NCBI GenBank assembly: GCA_963693365.1
Contig: CAVNZM010000006.1
Coordinates: forward strand, 3,534,001 to 3,598,000
Source: Amoebidium appalachense
Lineage: Eukaryota > Protista > Ichthyosporea
Length of the DNA: 64,000 nucleotides
Direction of reading: 5' to 3'
Position numbers and translations under genes: made by a program. Positions 25,541 through 39,324 of the stretch are shown here, piece by piece (the stretch's first letter is position 1; each line of letters opens with the position of its first letter). The notes below the pieces were generated by a model, which saw only the letters and a program-made list of their open reading frames with translations, had not been told where the DNA came from and searched no databases.

Positions 25541-26276
25541 TTTTGCATCCATGCTCAAGTAGGGGCTGCTCTCGATTTTACGCACTTTCTTAGATGGGTT
25601 ATCCAATCGAACTGGTTTCGATCAATGATTAATAGCAAACACCCTTTACCAAAGACAACACGTTAGGGAGTAATCTGCAGACAACTACTTTTCAGGAAAT
25701 AACCTTCTGTAGGAGCGTCCATATGTTGTGACGAATAGTTGTGTGCACCACACACATGCATAGCTTGGGGGGCGCCTGCAGCGCCCCTCGTCAGTGTCTG
25801 GCCGTGCTGGGAAACGCAATAAGCAATACACACACACGAGCCTCAGGGGCTGTGCTCCCGCCGTTTCCCAAAATACAGACCGAGTAAAGAATTTAAACCC
25901 CTACACATTGCCCGTGTTCAGTATTTAATTTGGCCTTTATATATATTCGGATACATACATGGGCTATTCCACTCACTGTGTATCTGCATAACTCTTGCCT
26001 TTTTTTTTTTACCCCCAAATGTGAAGCACAGATCCTCCTTTCATTCCACTCATTATCCCTCCCCTCCTCCCCCGGGGGCCCCCTCCCCCCCCCCCCCCCC
26101 TCCCCCCCTCCCCCTCCCCCCCCCCCCCCCCCTCTCTCCCCCACTTCCCTGGAAAAACAAAATAGTGCAAATTCCCACATCCATACGAAAGAGTATACAC
26201 ACACACACACACGATTTTCTGGGCCATCCCCCCCCCCCCCCCCCCCCCTCCCTCCCTCCCCCCTCTCCTGCGCCCC

Positions 26277-26311
<35 letters not shown>

Positions 26312-26363
26312 CAAAAAAAAAAAAAAAGCACAAATCCTCATAGGCAACCCCCCCCACCCCCCC

Positions 26364-27077
26364 TGTTGGAGTACACTGGTACTCCCGACTAGCAATGTCT
26401 GTTAGTGCATAGAGCTTTTGTTTACGATCGTATTCATATATGGTAGTTATATGTTTGAGTCAAAACTGTACCGATGACGAGCTTCACTAGCAACGTGCTA
26501 ATTGTGCTTATCATAATATTCCCGGTTCAGATGATGTCATGTCTATATTTGCCACAGGATTCTATTCTTAGAATGGTAGTGTGCTTTATTCCCGAGTATT
26601 CTCAGAATATGTTTTATTGTGTGTAGTAAGATTTACGTTTAACCGCAATTGCTGTGTTAAACACGTTTATTTGTGTGCTTTAGTACAAGTTAACTAGCCA
26701 CTCATCGTGCACAGTTAACTTTTATATTTGTAACTTACTTATTTTCATTGTGCTCTCTTTTCGGCCATGCTGTACATGGCCCACCACCAGGGTGCACACG
26801 AGGCCACCATGTGGTGGCCAACGACTATATAAAGCAGTGCCTCCCATGCCACAACCATGGGAAGCAGAACGTTTGATTTACACTTTTTTATTGTCGTTTT
26901 CAGTGAACAAAACATATAGACTAGTTACCCATCATACACGACACTATGTCTGACAACTTACAGTTGCAGCAACTAGTCCAACTACTGGAGCAGAGGTTGG
27001 CCTCACAAGATGCAATCATTTCTGACTTACAGAAGGACCACCGTGCATTAGAACTAGCTTCTATGAACACAACGTCC

Positions 27078-27078
<1 letters not shown>
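26364..27078 (+). mobile_element. Solo LTR of the copia element at 43123-52426
   Basis: Starts TGTTGGAGTACACTGGTACTCCC and is collinear with the 43123-43888 LTR except for a 46-bp deletion near its 5' end. Flanked by poly-C on both sides. No PBS or internal sequence follows. Confidence 0.93.
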
Positions 27079-27143
<65 letters not shown>

Positions 27144-27197
27144 AAGAAAAAAGAAAAAAGAAAAAAGAAGTACAGTAAAAAAAGAAGAAAAAAACGC

Positions 27198-27251
<54 letters not shown>

Positions 27252-27329
27252 ACCCACCCACCCACACACACCCACACACACACACTCACCACCACTACCA
27301 CCGTGCCCATGATACCCTCTCACCGTTGG

Positions 27330-27670
27330 GTAGCAGCCCCCCCTCTGCAGTGGACTTTTGGTATATTTTTGAACCCCTCCGCAGAGTCGTTTTTTTTGGC
27401 ACCCTTCCTTGAAACCCCTCTGCTTCGTGAATTCTGACACTCGCGGAGGGGTGGATGGGGGTGTGGGGGGGGTACCTTCTGGGGTGCAGAGGGGTCCACC
27501 CCTCCGCAAAGTAAGAAAACCCCTCCGCATTCTAACTTTTACCCCTCAGCAAAACCGTCAAACCCCTTTGCAAGTTCATAAAAACCCCTCAGCAGCCCTC
27601 CGCAAGTGCGCGGAGGGGTGACTTTGCGGAGGGGTAAAAAATGACCCCTCCGCAGACACCCCTCCGCAAT
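27330..27670. repeat. Cluster of ACCCCTCCGCA motifs in both orientations, probably DNA-transposon subterminal repeats
   Basis: About ten CCCCTC(C/A)GCA / GCGGAGGGG copies within 340 bp. No matching second end was identified. Confidence 0.5.
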
Positions 27671-27676
27671 GTTGTC

Positions 27677-27707
<31 letters not shown>

Positions 27708-28466
27708 GCCCCCCTTCCCCCCCCCCCCCCCCCCGCCACCACCACCACCACCACCACCACAACACACACACACACACAATAAAAGAAAAGAAAAAACACA
27801 CACTACAAAATAACAGTTCACACCAGGGAGGCAATTGGACGAACTGAAAAGGTTTACTTCTCGAGCCTTGAATTCGCAATCATCAGGGCCCACTTCAGTC
27901 TGGGGGTCAATTTTTGGTGGGCTATATTTGCTGTTTTCAGACAACGGCAGGTGATCTAAAGCACTTGGTACATTGTGGATCAAAACACTGAAATAGATAT
28001 TGATATGGATACAAATTTACAATCAACAACGTTGGTGGTAAAAAACATTCAGATGATGTATCATACTGTATATATAGCACCTTAACTAGTGTACTGTCGG
28101 TGCTGTGTGGTAGACGGTAGTTTCCCTAGAGGGCCTGAAAAGGCCCTCCGGGAACAAAACGTGATAAAAAAAAATTAAAAAAAAAGGATCATACTGTAAA
28201 TTTACAAACATGTGAAGTGTAATATAACACCCAAGAGACACGTGACGGTGGCATTGGATAAGACGCCGCATTTAAACCGTAAAGGCACCAACCCATGCAG
28301 GAATTTTTGCGACTGCAATCATAACTGCAATCATTGAATCATATGATTTATGTTGTCATATAGTACCAAGCTATCATCAGTCAATCTGTGATGGCAGTAT
28401 CAAACAACTTCGTCATGGCATACGATCGAGTTCTGATCCATTCAAACTTCAAAAACACGGTGCAAA

Positions 28467-28910
28467 CTATTGCGTGGGCGCAGCATCAGTGGTTGTGGTT
28501 GTTTCGGTGGTGGTGGTTGTTTCCGTGGTGGTGGGTGCCTTAATGGTAGTAGTGGTGGTAGTGGTGGTGGTCTCAGGGGCCTTGCAGCAGCGATCGACCT
28601 TGCACGAAGACTTTGCAATGCATGTAGCCACCCCCTTGTTGCCGGGCCCCTTCTTGAAGCTCCACCCGGCTGGGCAGGTGATGCCGGCCTTGTCGCACGG
28701 AATGAACTTTTCCTTGACCTTCTGACAGCAGAACTTCTCCGTGCACGTGTTCTTGGGGTTGCATTGCCTCTTCCCTGCTTGGAAGTAGACTTCGCAGGTT
28801 GTAACTGCGTCCTTGCACGAGACGAATGTGGGCTTGCCGCGGTTTGCGGGCGGGGCAGCTGCGGTGAAAGCTGCCAGGGAGAGAACAACGGCGACAGCAA
28901 CAGACTTCAT
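28467..28910 (-). CDS. Small secreted cysteine-rich protein with Thr-rich (mucin-like) tail, 147 aa, copy 1
   Basis: Signal-peptide-like MKSVAVAVVLSLAAFTAA, two 6-Cys modules (C-x6-C-xn-C-x5-C-x4-CC), TTTTETTTT tail, single exon. Paralog at 53661-54086. Confidence 0.85.
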   Translation of the reverse strand: MKSVAVAVVLSLAAFTAAAPPANRGKPTFVSCKDAVTTCEVYFQAGKRQCNPKNTCTEKFCCQKVKEKFIPCDKAGITCPAGWSFKKGPGNKGVATCIAKSSCKVDRCCKAPETTTTTTTTTIKAPTTTETTTTTETTTTTDAAPTQ

Positions 28911-30425
28911 GGTGGTGGGTGAGAGGGTGTGCTGGTCCGATTTTTTTTTTTTCGCCTGTACTGCGAAAGCTGTGTGTTTGCTTTGCGAATCACTTGGAAA
29001 GTGACGGGGCAGTCTTATACTAGCAGGGCAGAATCTTATAAGAGGCTGGTTCTGTGATATGCAAGGAATGCTCCCGGGCCACATAGCCAAAGCTTAGTAA
29101 TTGCAGATGGCGAACTTCACCCAGCGCACTAGCGCAGCCCCATGATGTGGTATTACGCTCACAGGTACCTGTATAGCTAATGGCTTTTCGATGTTGCATT
29201 CGCTTTATGTGCTTTACTTTATCAAAAACAATACAACAGAGGGGTACCGATTAATAGAGGATTAATCGCTTGGCGTCGGGCCGGGACATCCCTGGGCCGA
29301 AAGCTTTGGAACACATATTATGCGTTTTGACTCTTCTGCCAATTAGAACGCTGCATTTTATCCACATGCATTCCAGAGGACCACAGCATAAGACTCTTGA
29401 CTGCCTGATCCCAGACTAAGATTATCCAGGCAGGTGATCCTCCCAGTTGTGTATCCTCTCTTACATCTTACATATTCATAGTCATGTCATGATTTGCATG
29501 TGTTTGCACCTAAATATTTCTTTCTTTTGAACAGTCAAGACGCCGCAGCGGAAAAAGAGCTCGTGCATGGGCCCCAGTAGTGGCGCGTATAGCCTCGATA
29601 TGCGGACGCATATCCCGCCGCGGCAGCGGGACTGGCCGCAACGAAGCCCCCGACGTCATCTGGTGCCAGTGGAGCAAGCCTGCAAGTGGCCAGCAAACTT
29701 TGAAATCATGGTGCCAACGGTTTCTAAAAACAGAAAACCAAAAATAGACTTCTTGAGACCAACACGGCGTGATATCATCAAACTCATACTAATATTAGAT
29801 ATTATATGTAGGCTAAGAAAGCCCGAATGTGAAAGGTGATAGTAGCTACATCATCATGCACACGGTTCGGAGGCTGCATAATATTCCGCATGCACGTCCC
29901 TCGTGTTCACATCACGGTGTTTTTTTTTTTTTTTTGTTTTTTTTTGGCTCGGGTAAAATTTCCATTCATCAACCTCCTCTCCCCCCCCTCCCCCCCCCCC
30001 CCCCCCCCCCCCCCCCCAAACACACACATACACTCACACACACACCACCCCCGGCCTTCCCCGGGGGCCCCTCCCCCTTCCTTCTCCTCCAGGACCTCCA
30101 CCCTTTCCCCCAATTCCCCGTATGTATGGACGAGGAAGGGGCATTCAATCTCGCAAGTCATGTTTGATACGTACCGCCCAGGTCCATTGAACGGTGCCGT
30201 CTGCAAATAAAAGGAAAGCTTGCCAACTTATTTCAATTTTTTTTTCGTTATGTTTTATCTTATTTTGACAGGGGGGGGGGGGGGAGGGAGGGGGGGGGCA
30301 GGTCCTGGAGGGGGGGGAGGGGGGGGGGGGGGGGGGAGGCTCTAGCATTGGAAGGAGAGGGGACTCCTTGACCCACCACCCCCTTTGAATGGGTGGGTCC
30401 CGGCGGCCCCCCGGAAGGGGAAGGG

Positions 30426-30459
<34 letters not shown>

Positions 30460-30823
30460 GGGCAGAATTATTCAGAGCATGCAGAACTATTCTACAAACG
30501 CAGAACAAATAATCCGATGATTGATGCATGCCGTGGTGTACACAATGGCACACACACAGACCTGTACTACCACGCAACGACGGTCACAGTGTGAAACATG
30601 TTGCTACAGGCGGAGACACACACACACGTCGTCAGACACGCCCACAGTGACACTCAGTGCATACGCTCAAGGCGCACACATATGCAAACACATACACCAA
30701 GGCTTTCGCTCTCATTTTCTTCTCGCTCACTCCCCGTGTTCCCCCCCCCCCCCCCCCCCCCCCCTTGGCCGGGCCCCCCTCCCCCTCCGCTGACTGTCTC
30801 TCACTTTCTTCCCCCTTTACCCC

Positions 30824-30854
<31 letters not shown>

Positions 30855-30859
30855 ACACC

Positions 30860-31375
30860 TCTAGTAGCCTGTAGAGCATACATGTGAATGCGCGCCATGC
30901 TAACAACACACATACACACTGGCACACACACGCCGCACGTCACAGAAAACACTACCTGTGTACGCGAGCGATTCACAGACACAAGCAGGGACGCAGCAGT
31001 AGCTAGGCACATCGTGGATGATTGTATCCACACAACATGAACACTGTGGCACGGTGGCATGCTTGGTGATGTGCATTTGTTTGGGAAAAGGGGGGAAATT
31101 CGGGACGGGGTAATCAAACGGGTGTCTGTTTCTTGTGGTTGTGAATGAATCAGACAGTCGTATCGGAATACGTGACTGTGTGTGACATGGTATGTTTGTG
31201 GAGATTTCTTACAAAACTGTTGAAACTTTTTTGTTCGTTCGGGTTTCAGAAAGTTTTCTCTCCGCTGAAGTTTCACGCCAGGTATGTGTGAGTGTGTGTG
31301 TGTGTGTGGGTGGGTGGGTGAGGGGGGTGGGGGGGTTCCGGTTGAGGGTAAGGCAAATTTAATTGAGTTGGCATT
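30860..31375. repeat. Longest local copy of a dispersed non-coding repeat family
   Basis: 30890-31110 matches the reverse complement of 39490-39760 (GCAGCAGTAGCTAGGCACATC..GATTGTATCCACAC..CATGAACA, GAAATTCGGGACG). 31130-31375 matches 19945-20210. Confidence 0.7.
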
Positions 31376-31811
31376 GGAGGCCCGGAGGGGGAACGGGGGG
31401 GGGGGAGGGGGGAAGGTTTGCTTCCATGTGTATTCTCGTGTGTGCTTGTTTTTTTCCTTCCGGGCCCCGGGCGGGTGGGTGGGCGGGTGGGTGGGCGGGT
31501 GTGCGGACGGGGGGCGGGGAGGCGGGGAGGGGGGCGGTGAGGGAGGGGGGAAGCGGGAGGGAGGAATTGTGTCTTCGAAGACTTTCAACTGTGGTAGTAT
31601 TAATCAAAAGGTAGGGAAAAGGTTGGAAGACATGAGGTAGAAATAGTTCAGAGCTTGAAGAGGTGGGGGGGTGGGGATGGGGTTGGGGGTGGGGGGAGGA
31701 AGGGAGGACCTGGTGATTTAGGGTTGCTTGAACAAGGAATTTATGGGGGAGGGGGGGGGGGGGGGGGGGGGGGGAAGGGGGGGGGGAGGGGGGGAGGCGG
31801 GGCGGGGAGGA

Positions 31812-32365
31812 AGGCCTGGCCAATGTGGAGGTCCAAATACGGGCCGGATGCAGTGCAATCCCAAAAGGAGAGAAACCCGTTTGCTTTAAGGACGGTGGTG
31901 ACTGCTAACATATCGGGACATATGCCCGTCAAGTTGCTCCCTGCGCTGAAACTGGCATTTTGATTGGCCGATCTGTGAAGAGGAGTGCAAATCTTTCCAC
32001 GTCGGCAACTTTTAGGTTGCCAGTGATGTTGTTTTCTGGGATGGCAACCACATCTGCGCCTGTTTTCCGCCATGTGACCTCGTTGCGGTGCTCGCAGGGC
32101 CCAACCAATACGATGGGGCGGCTTGCGCCATATTTGGTAATCTCCGGCGTCAACACCTACAAGTAAATCGTAAACTTGACTACTATCAGTAGACTACATT
32201 GTACAGCTTGGCCAAAATGCCTCCCTGTACCATCAAATGTAACGGTATCGCCCACAGAACTTTGATAAGGTGAATGCAAGCTAATCCGGAGTGGTGGGAG
32301 GGGATCAATTCTCATGCAGATGGGGCCCCGGAGGCGGGGGTGGTTTTTTTTTTTGTTTTTTGTTT

Positions 32366-32426
<61 letters not shown>

Positions 32427-32700
32427 GGGGAAGGCTTAGCAACAAGGGGGTGGGAGTGGGGATTAGGGTTGCTGCAGACTGCGTGAGAAAGACATGTTTT
32501 GTGAAACTTTGAGGGAGGAACCTATCGTACACACTGAGTACATACAGCTAAATCATTTTTTTCAGTGCCCGAATACTGAGAGCGCAATCCATGTGGGTAT
32601 TCTTGAAGGCTACCCACCCTAACAACCTTGTCGATTGCCGAAGTACTTCCCGACCCACAAACAACACCACGTGGGTTTATCTCAGGGCTTTCTGCATCTG
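31812..32700 (-). pseudogene. Degenerate copy of aminotransferase-V exon 1 (3' part) and exon 2 (5' part)
   Basis: CGSGSTSAIDKVVR (~32620-32660), then LTPEITKYGASRPIVLVGPCEH-RNEVTWRKTGA...FSAGSNLTGICPDM...FWDCTASGPYLDLHIGQA, with frameshifts. Truncated at a poly-G tract. Confidence 0.85.
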
Positions 32701-33680
32701 CTGCACCTAAAATCATTCAAAACGGTGATTTTGTGCCATCATTTGAAAGTTAGGGGGTACATAGGTTTGAGACACACCGTCCGTCGATTTTACCAAATAT
32801 GGAAGACCATAGGGAGGGTTCGAGTTATCCTCGGTGCAAGTGGGGCGGAATGGAATCCCCCCCCCCCCCCCCCCCCCAACCACCACCACCATCCCCCCCT
32901 CCCACCGCGGTCACCCTTCTTCCTCTCAACCCCCCTCCCCCCCCCCCCCCCCCCTCGCCCGCTCTGCCCCTCCCCACCACATGTATCCCACCCAAGAAGC
33001 GAAGAAACGTACTGCCTGCAAGTCCAGTGCGGCAAGATATTTATAAGTGTACGTGGTGTAATACATCAGTTCTATTTAGTTCACACATATGTCCAGTATA
33101 CGAAAAGCGGATTAGCCTGCCTGCTGGGGTACCATTCAGAGAGCTATTTACATGCCATCGAGGTGTTCAAATATGAGATGAAAAAAAGGTCTAGATAAAA
33201 CATAAAAAGGGTAGAAACCCTCTCCGGTGTAAACAGGACGAAAAAAAAAACCATTGTTGCAACATATTCCAAACCTTAATGCACTGTTCTACCGTGAGCC
33301 TTTCTAGTTTATGGCTCATGAAAGTTAACACTCTGCTTTGCGTTTTATTACAACACCGTTAGCCCAGTAATGAAGAAGGCTTTTTAATACAACACCTTAG
33401 ACCAACGAATAAAGACATACATATCTTGGAATCACAAGCCCATAATATAAACGGATCCCATTACACACAGTTAACAGGGGAGATAGGAACAACAGGTCAA
33501 GGCCAGATTTCCCAGGGGTGGCCCATGTGGCAACCGCCCATAATCGGGGGAGGGAAAAAAAAATAAAAAAAATAAAAAAAAGAGCAACAACGGCAAAAAC
33601 TTACGAAAATACAAATCTCTCATAAAAATATCTACAGTCTTTCGGAAAGAAATTCTACCACGACAGGTAGAGGTCCAGAT

Positions 33681-34222
33681 CTAGCGACGGTGGCCCACGT
33701 GGAAACGCAACAGCCCATAAAAGGCAAGACGCCAAAACAGGACAAATCCGACCATTACCAGTGCCCACTTCCACAGGTCCACCCCCCCATAGCCCAGCAC
33801 GTCCAGCACGGCACTACCATTGCTAACGCAGGGATTTGATTGGCTGGGAGGGTAAATGCAGCTGCAGCTGGGATTGGTGGCCGTGGGGGAGGCACAGTTA
33901 AAGTTGAGGCCGTCAAAGTCGTTGCTAACAATACCCTCGAAGGGGTATTTTTGGTAACTCAGATAGTTGGCCCACTGTAGCCACGATGGTAGACTCTCCG
34001 TCTGGGGGTAAAGAAAGATGAGTGGGGCGGCTCAGGTGGTGCAAAACAGTTCTGGAGTAACAGGGGTAGGTGTTTTGCGGGTGCGTGGGTGGGTGGCGTG
34101 CATGCAAAAGAAGTGGATTGGTTGGGGTTCGTATCTGGGTGTGTCTGTGCACGGGTGGGTGTGTTATGTACGTGTGTGTGTGTCTGTCGTCTCTGTGGGC
34201 GTTTGTGCGTTCGTGCGCGCAC

Positions 34223-34278
<56 letters not shown>

Positions 34279-35194
34279 ACATTTGTCCTCCGTGATAGGT
34301 GTATAGGGCCACGTCCACACCTCTCAGTGTCAGTTACTGGCTCTAGCCTGTCTGTACGTGTGTGTTTCCTCGTAAGAATGGCTTCAGTGGTGTTCTATAT
34401 GCGGTGTAGGCATAATGGGTGGTTTAGCAGCAAAAATTTGGTATCGGTTGTTTGGTGCACGTACACGCGCGCGTGTGTGTGTGTGTGTGTGCATGTGCAT
34501 GGGTGCAATGCCTGTGGAAGGAGGTTGGAGAAGAGAGAAAGAGGGACTTCGGTAACCCCAAAACAGGCACGAAAAACAGATAGAAAGGCAACGAATCAAA
34601 GAGAGTCAGAGCTTTAGGGCTCTGTGCATGTGCACACCTGGACGAGGAAGCCGCCCATGACCATGAAAAAGCCGTTAGCAAAGGCGGCAATGGCCAGGGC
34701 CACAATGAAGTTGGGCAGCAGCGCGCTAATTGCCACCGTCATGCCCTCGGCCGCCAGCAGCCCCAAATATAGAAACGCCACGTACGTGAAGAACGGCCCG
34801 GCCCCGGGGTGCAGCCCCACCATGGGGTAGGCTATGGCCGTGAACACAAGCGCAATCAGCAGCACAAACGGCAGCCCGATGCAAAAGCTGGCAAAAGCAT
34901 ACGCCCCCGGCCCGTACGCCCCGTTGGCCACCTCCCTCTTGTAGCTGGCAAACTCCTCGATGAACGCCGGCACCGCCGCTACCGCCATGAAGCAGAGGAA
35001 AGCAACGGCGAAAAAATGTGCCGAGAGACGATTTGCGATTGCTGATTGGTCCAGACCGACTGCCCACCAAGCGGCGCCCATGAGCAGGGCCATGCCCACG
35101 TACATGGCCACCCGCACCCAGTACAGGCCGAGGTTGCGCACCGCATCTACAAACATGCGCTGCAGCAGAATTAGTGCCTGCCGCCCACTCGACG

Positions 35195-35229
<35 letters not shown>

Positions 35230-36268
35230 TGTGTGTGTGTGTGTGTGTGTACCTGTGTGCATGTGTGTGTGCGTGTATGCGCGTGCGTGTGTGGGGGGGT
35301 AGGGAAGGGGGGGAGGTTGCAGTGAGAGAGCGTGTGTGATTGAGTATGTGTACATGTGCGTTAGCCACAGTGTGCATGTCATGGTAGATATGTGGGTTTG
35401 TGTAAGGGTGTGTGCTGTGTGCATTTGTCTGGGTCTACAGGAGTGTATGTGTTGCTAATGGATGGGGCACACGGAGGTAGCAAGGTAGGATGAAACCATA
35501 AGGAGCGGGGAGCCTGAGAACGACTGCTTGCAACTCTAGTAAGGCTTCATGTTATGACCAAAAAGGTGGATGGGCACAGATAAAAAGTATTTCGGAGGAG
35601 GATATATGATGTCGGATATGACGTAGGGGATTCTTTTGCTGCCTGCCTGATATGGTGCGAGCAGTTGATAGCGTACACAAAAGGGAAGCAGGAGGGAAAG
35701 AGCGAAAGGGGGGGAGGGGGGGGAGGGGGGGGGGGGGGAGGGGGGAGGAGAGAGAGAGAGGGGGTGGAATACCTCGGTGTGGGAGGAAGACGTCAGTGCT
35801 ATGCCGTTGGTGAGCTCATCAGAGGGTCGAGGCAGGGTGGCCTCGTAGGTACGATAGCCTGACGTGAGCTGAATGGGGGCAAATAGTTAGAAGGCGGGGC
35901 TGGGGGTGGTTGTTAGATATAGAAACCCCGGAGGGGGGGGGGGGGGGGGGGGGGGGGCATGAAGAGAAAAAACAGTGAAAAATGTCGGCCAAGAGGTCTT
36001 GGAGGTGTGCATGTTGTAATGTGTTTGTTGTGTTATATATAAGTGTGCAGATATGTGTATACGGCAAGTGTGTGTGTGTGAGTGTGTGTGTGAGTGTGTG
36101 TGAGTCAGACCGTTTAACCGGGCTCTGGGAAGGGGGGGGGGGGGGGGGGGGGGGGGGGAGGGAAGGGTAAAAGATTTGCTGCTCCAGAGGAGAATGCACA
36201 GACACATTTCAAATCAGGCTATGTCCACCATGTATGCCGTGTGTGTGTGTGTGTGTGTGTGTGTGTCT

Positions 36269-36313
<45 letters not shown>

Positions 36314-38134
36314 CGTGCACGTGTCAGTGTGTTTGTTGGTACATGTGGCGGGGGAGGGCGGGGAGGGGGGGGGGGGGGGGGGGGGGATATGGGAAAGACG
36401 GGAAAATCAATAAGGCCACAGGGTCAATGTGTTTGTCTCGGAGTCCCGGAGTAATACCTTCCAATATTAATGGATAACTGGGCCTCTTCTTTATAATGCC
36501 CTCCCTCCTAAGATCCTTGCCTTGACAATTGCACCTAACCTAAAAACCTACCACTAAAAACATACATTTTAAGTCCACCAAAGGTCACAATTACCTTATT
36601 GAGAACACGTTGACCCTCCTCCTTGTCCTGCGCAAAGTCCGTATTTGTGATGGCCAGATAGTGGTCTGCCGGGTTGCTGAAAGTTGGAACAGCGTGACCC
36701 ACCCCCTCGAAATACTGTGGGGCGGCATGCCTCGGGCCATAGTAGACGGTGCAGCCGCGGGCAAGCAGCAGCAGGCGGTCGAACTGCTCAAAGGTGGCCG
36801 TGGAGGGCTGGTGGATCGTCGCAATGATGGTTTTGTGGTGGGTCTGCGCCATGCGGCGTAGGATGTTGCACACCTGAATTCGAAGGGAACGGAGAGTGGA
36901 ATTGAGCATAACAGTAGTAGTGCTGTAGTGAGAATGAAACGGGAAATGTGGGATAACAATAGGACAGCCGTGCGATTGTATGGCTGGTGGCGGGATTACA
37001 GTAATTATGGTCAATCAGGAGAAGCGTTGAGGGGAAGGGAGGGCAGAGGGGGGGGGGGGGGGTAGGTTGAGGAGGCTGACTGGTCCAGGACACCCAGGCA
37101 TCTACACCAGCAACACCGTGACACACCCACACAAAAACACGTGACACACACCCCCACATCCCCACACGTACACACACACACACACACCTCGTATGCAGCC
37201 ACACTATCCAGGCCACTAGTGGGCTCGTCGAGCAGCAAAATGGCCGGGTCAGCCACCACCTCGCAGGCAATCGACACACGCCGCCTCTCTCCCCCAGACA
37301 CACCGCGAATAATCGCATTGCCGATGGCCGTGCCTTTAACCCTCTCCAGCCCAAACTCAGACACAATGGCATCCACCCGCCGGTTCACTTCGCTGACGGG
37401 GATGCCCGGCAGGTGCAACAGTGCGGAGTAGAGGATGTTTTCGCGGACAGAGAGGGCGGCATGCAGGGCATCGTCCTGCATGCAGTAGCTGGCAATCTGC
37501 CGGTACCTCTCATTCACTGCCTGCCCATTGACACACAGCTTCCCCGTCCAAGTCCCACGCTTCAGCCTGCAAGTACAAAAAAAGCGGTCAGAAACTAATA
37601 ATACAAGGATTCAACACACCCAGATCTGGCTACCAGTCTAGTGCCAGAGCACATCATGTGCACCGGAGGGGACCGGTTCTCAATGCATCGATCATTGCCG
37701 GTTTCAAGTGCCATCACCAATGCCACAACCTACCTGTCCGCGAGGATATCCAGCACTGTGCTCTTGCCCGCACCAGAGGGACCCATAATAGCCAGCAGCT
37801 CTCCGGGTTCGGCCCACCCACTCACACCGTCGATGATCTTCTTCCCGGGCTTGGGCTCATAGGTGATGTCTTCCCAAGACAGGCGGTAGCGGTGGTGGGC
37901 TGTGCTTGCTCCAAACACGTGACCACTCTCGGCCACAGGCACACTGCACGTGAGACGCGGCCCATCATGAAGTTTCTTTGAACTTTCCTCAAGCTCCTTT
38001 GTGTCTGCGCAGACGTTTGGAGAATTAACCCGAGGGGCTGCCGATGTCAAATCGACGCCCACAGCAATGTCCTCATCTTGGGCCATGGGCACATCACTGG
38101 CGCCCCTCATTTCTGTTGATGCTTCTGTAGTCAT
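33681..38134 (-). CDS. ABC transporter G-family half transporter (NBD-TMD), ~677 aa, 6 exons
   Basis: Exons 38134-37734, 37566-37188, 36873-36595, 35868-35773, 35195-34638 and 34001-33681 splice in frame (2034 nt). Walker [10 protein letters not shown], signature VSGGERRR, Walker [24 protein letters not shown]2 membrane domain and [14 protein letters not shown]. Confidence 0.92.
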
Positions 38135-38660
38135 CGTTAAGCGACCGTGGCAAGCCTCAGGTCACGTGTTTATGTTCAAATGTTTCGAAGCAGTGTCAAA
38201 AGGTTTCGAAGTTGAAAACAACGTTGACGCAAGTGTGACTCTTGCAAGCTGCAGCGGCAGCTAAAATAGGCTGCTATGCAAACACAGTGGTCATCACTGC
38301 AGCGCCAAATTTTGCATTGTTCCGGTTTTATCCGCAAGCATTATTGAAGCATATATTGAACAGCCAATCACAAACGCCGGACAGAAACAGCCCTGGGCAA
38401 AATGAGGCTGCACAGTTACATGTATACAACGGCCCACCAGTGCATCTCACTTACAAAATACAAAGTGAGATAGAGAGGAACAAGGTTAATATAGTTGATA
38501 ATAATTATGTTTTTACCCATTAAATACAGCAAGCGTATCAAATGGTGTGATTGTGGCATTTACCGTAATGAATTACGCTGCTTTCCGCTGCTTGGTCGTC
38601 CACACACTGACCAATCAAGTCATTGAAATGCGGGCACGAATCTCGGCGATGCGGTATACG

Positions 38661-38721
38661 AGCGCTGATAAGAGAGTGAGTGGTAAACGCGTCACGCGGT
38701 TACCACTCTCTTATCAGCGCT
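38661..38721. other. Isolated near-perfect inverted repeat (22-bp arms) upstream of the ABCG gene
   Basis: AGCGCTGATAAGAGAGT[GAGT]GGTAA ... TTACCACTCTCTTATCAGCGCT. Each arm contains TGATAA. Confidence 0.8.
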
Positions 38722-39003
38722 GGCATACGCGGTCCGCGTGCACGAGTCGACGAGTTCACGAACACAGAATCTCACAATTAGAACAGGGACAGATAATTTT
38801 TTCTCTTCCTAAAAGAAATATTTTGTTGCCACTTTCTGCAATAAGGGGCACAAGCGTAGAGATCGACACTTACGCATATATATAAATTACAACATCCTTG
38901 ATTTTATACTAAACACGCGTAACTACGACCTGTTTATTAGATGTATTGATTGGCTTGAGAAACACATCACTACAAAATTATAGCGCACGCGCACACACAC
39001 ACA

Positions 39004-39054
<51 letters not shown>

Positions 39055-39086
39055 CCAGCTGATACCGAGTGTCCCGAGGGGAGCCC

Positions 39087-39155
<69 letters not shown>

Positions 39156-39324
39156 GGGGAACCCCAACTAATTGATTTCTCCTTGTAGTCTTTATGGTGT
39201 CTCGTAGAGAAAGTAAACCCTGATATATAGTCACCACCCGACATCTATGTACGTGATCATGATATACCGCTGAGGGGATATTCCGAGCAAAACCCCCCCC
39301 CCCCCATACCTGAGACTGGTTCTC

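Noticed and set aside
28911-29090. 60-codon N-terminal extension of the secreted protein in the ORF track
   Set aside because: The paralog starts at MKSVAV with a signal peptide, and the extension overlaps the conserved TATA-like promoter region.
39091-39153. 63-nt poly(A) as a retrocopy or SINE tail
   Set aside because: No upstream retroposed body or TSD is visible, and homopolymers are common here.
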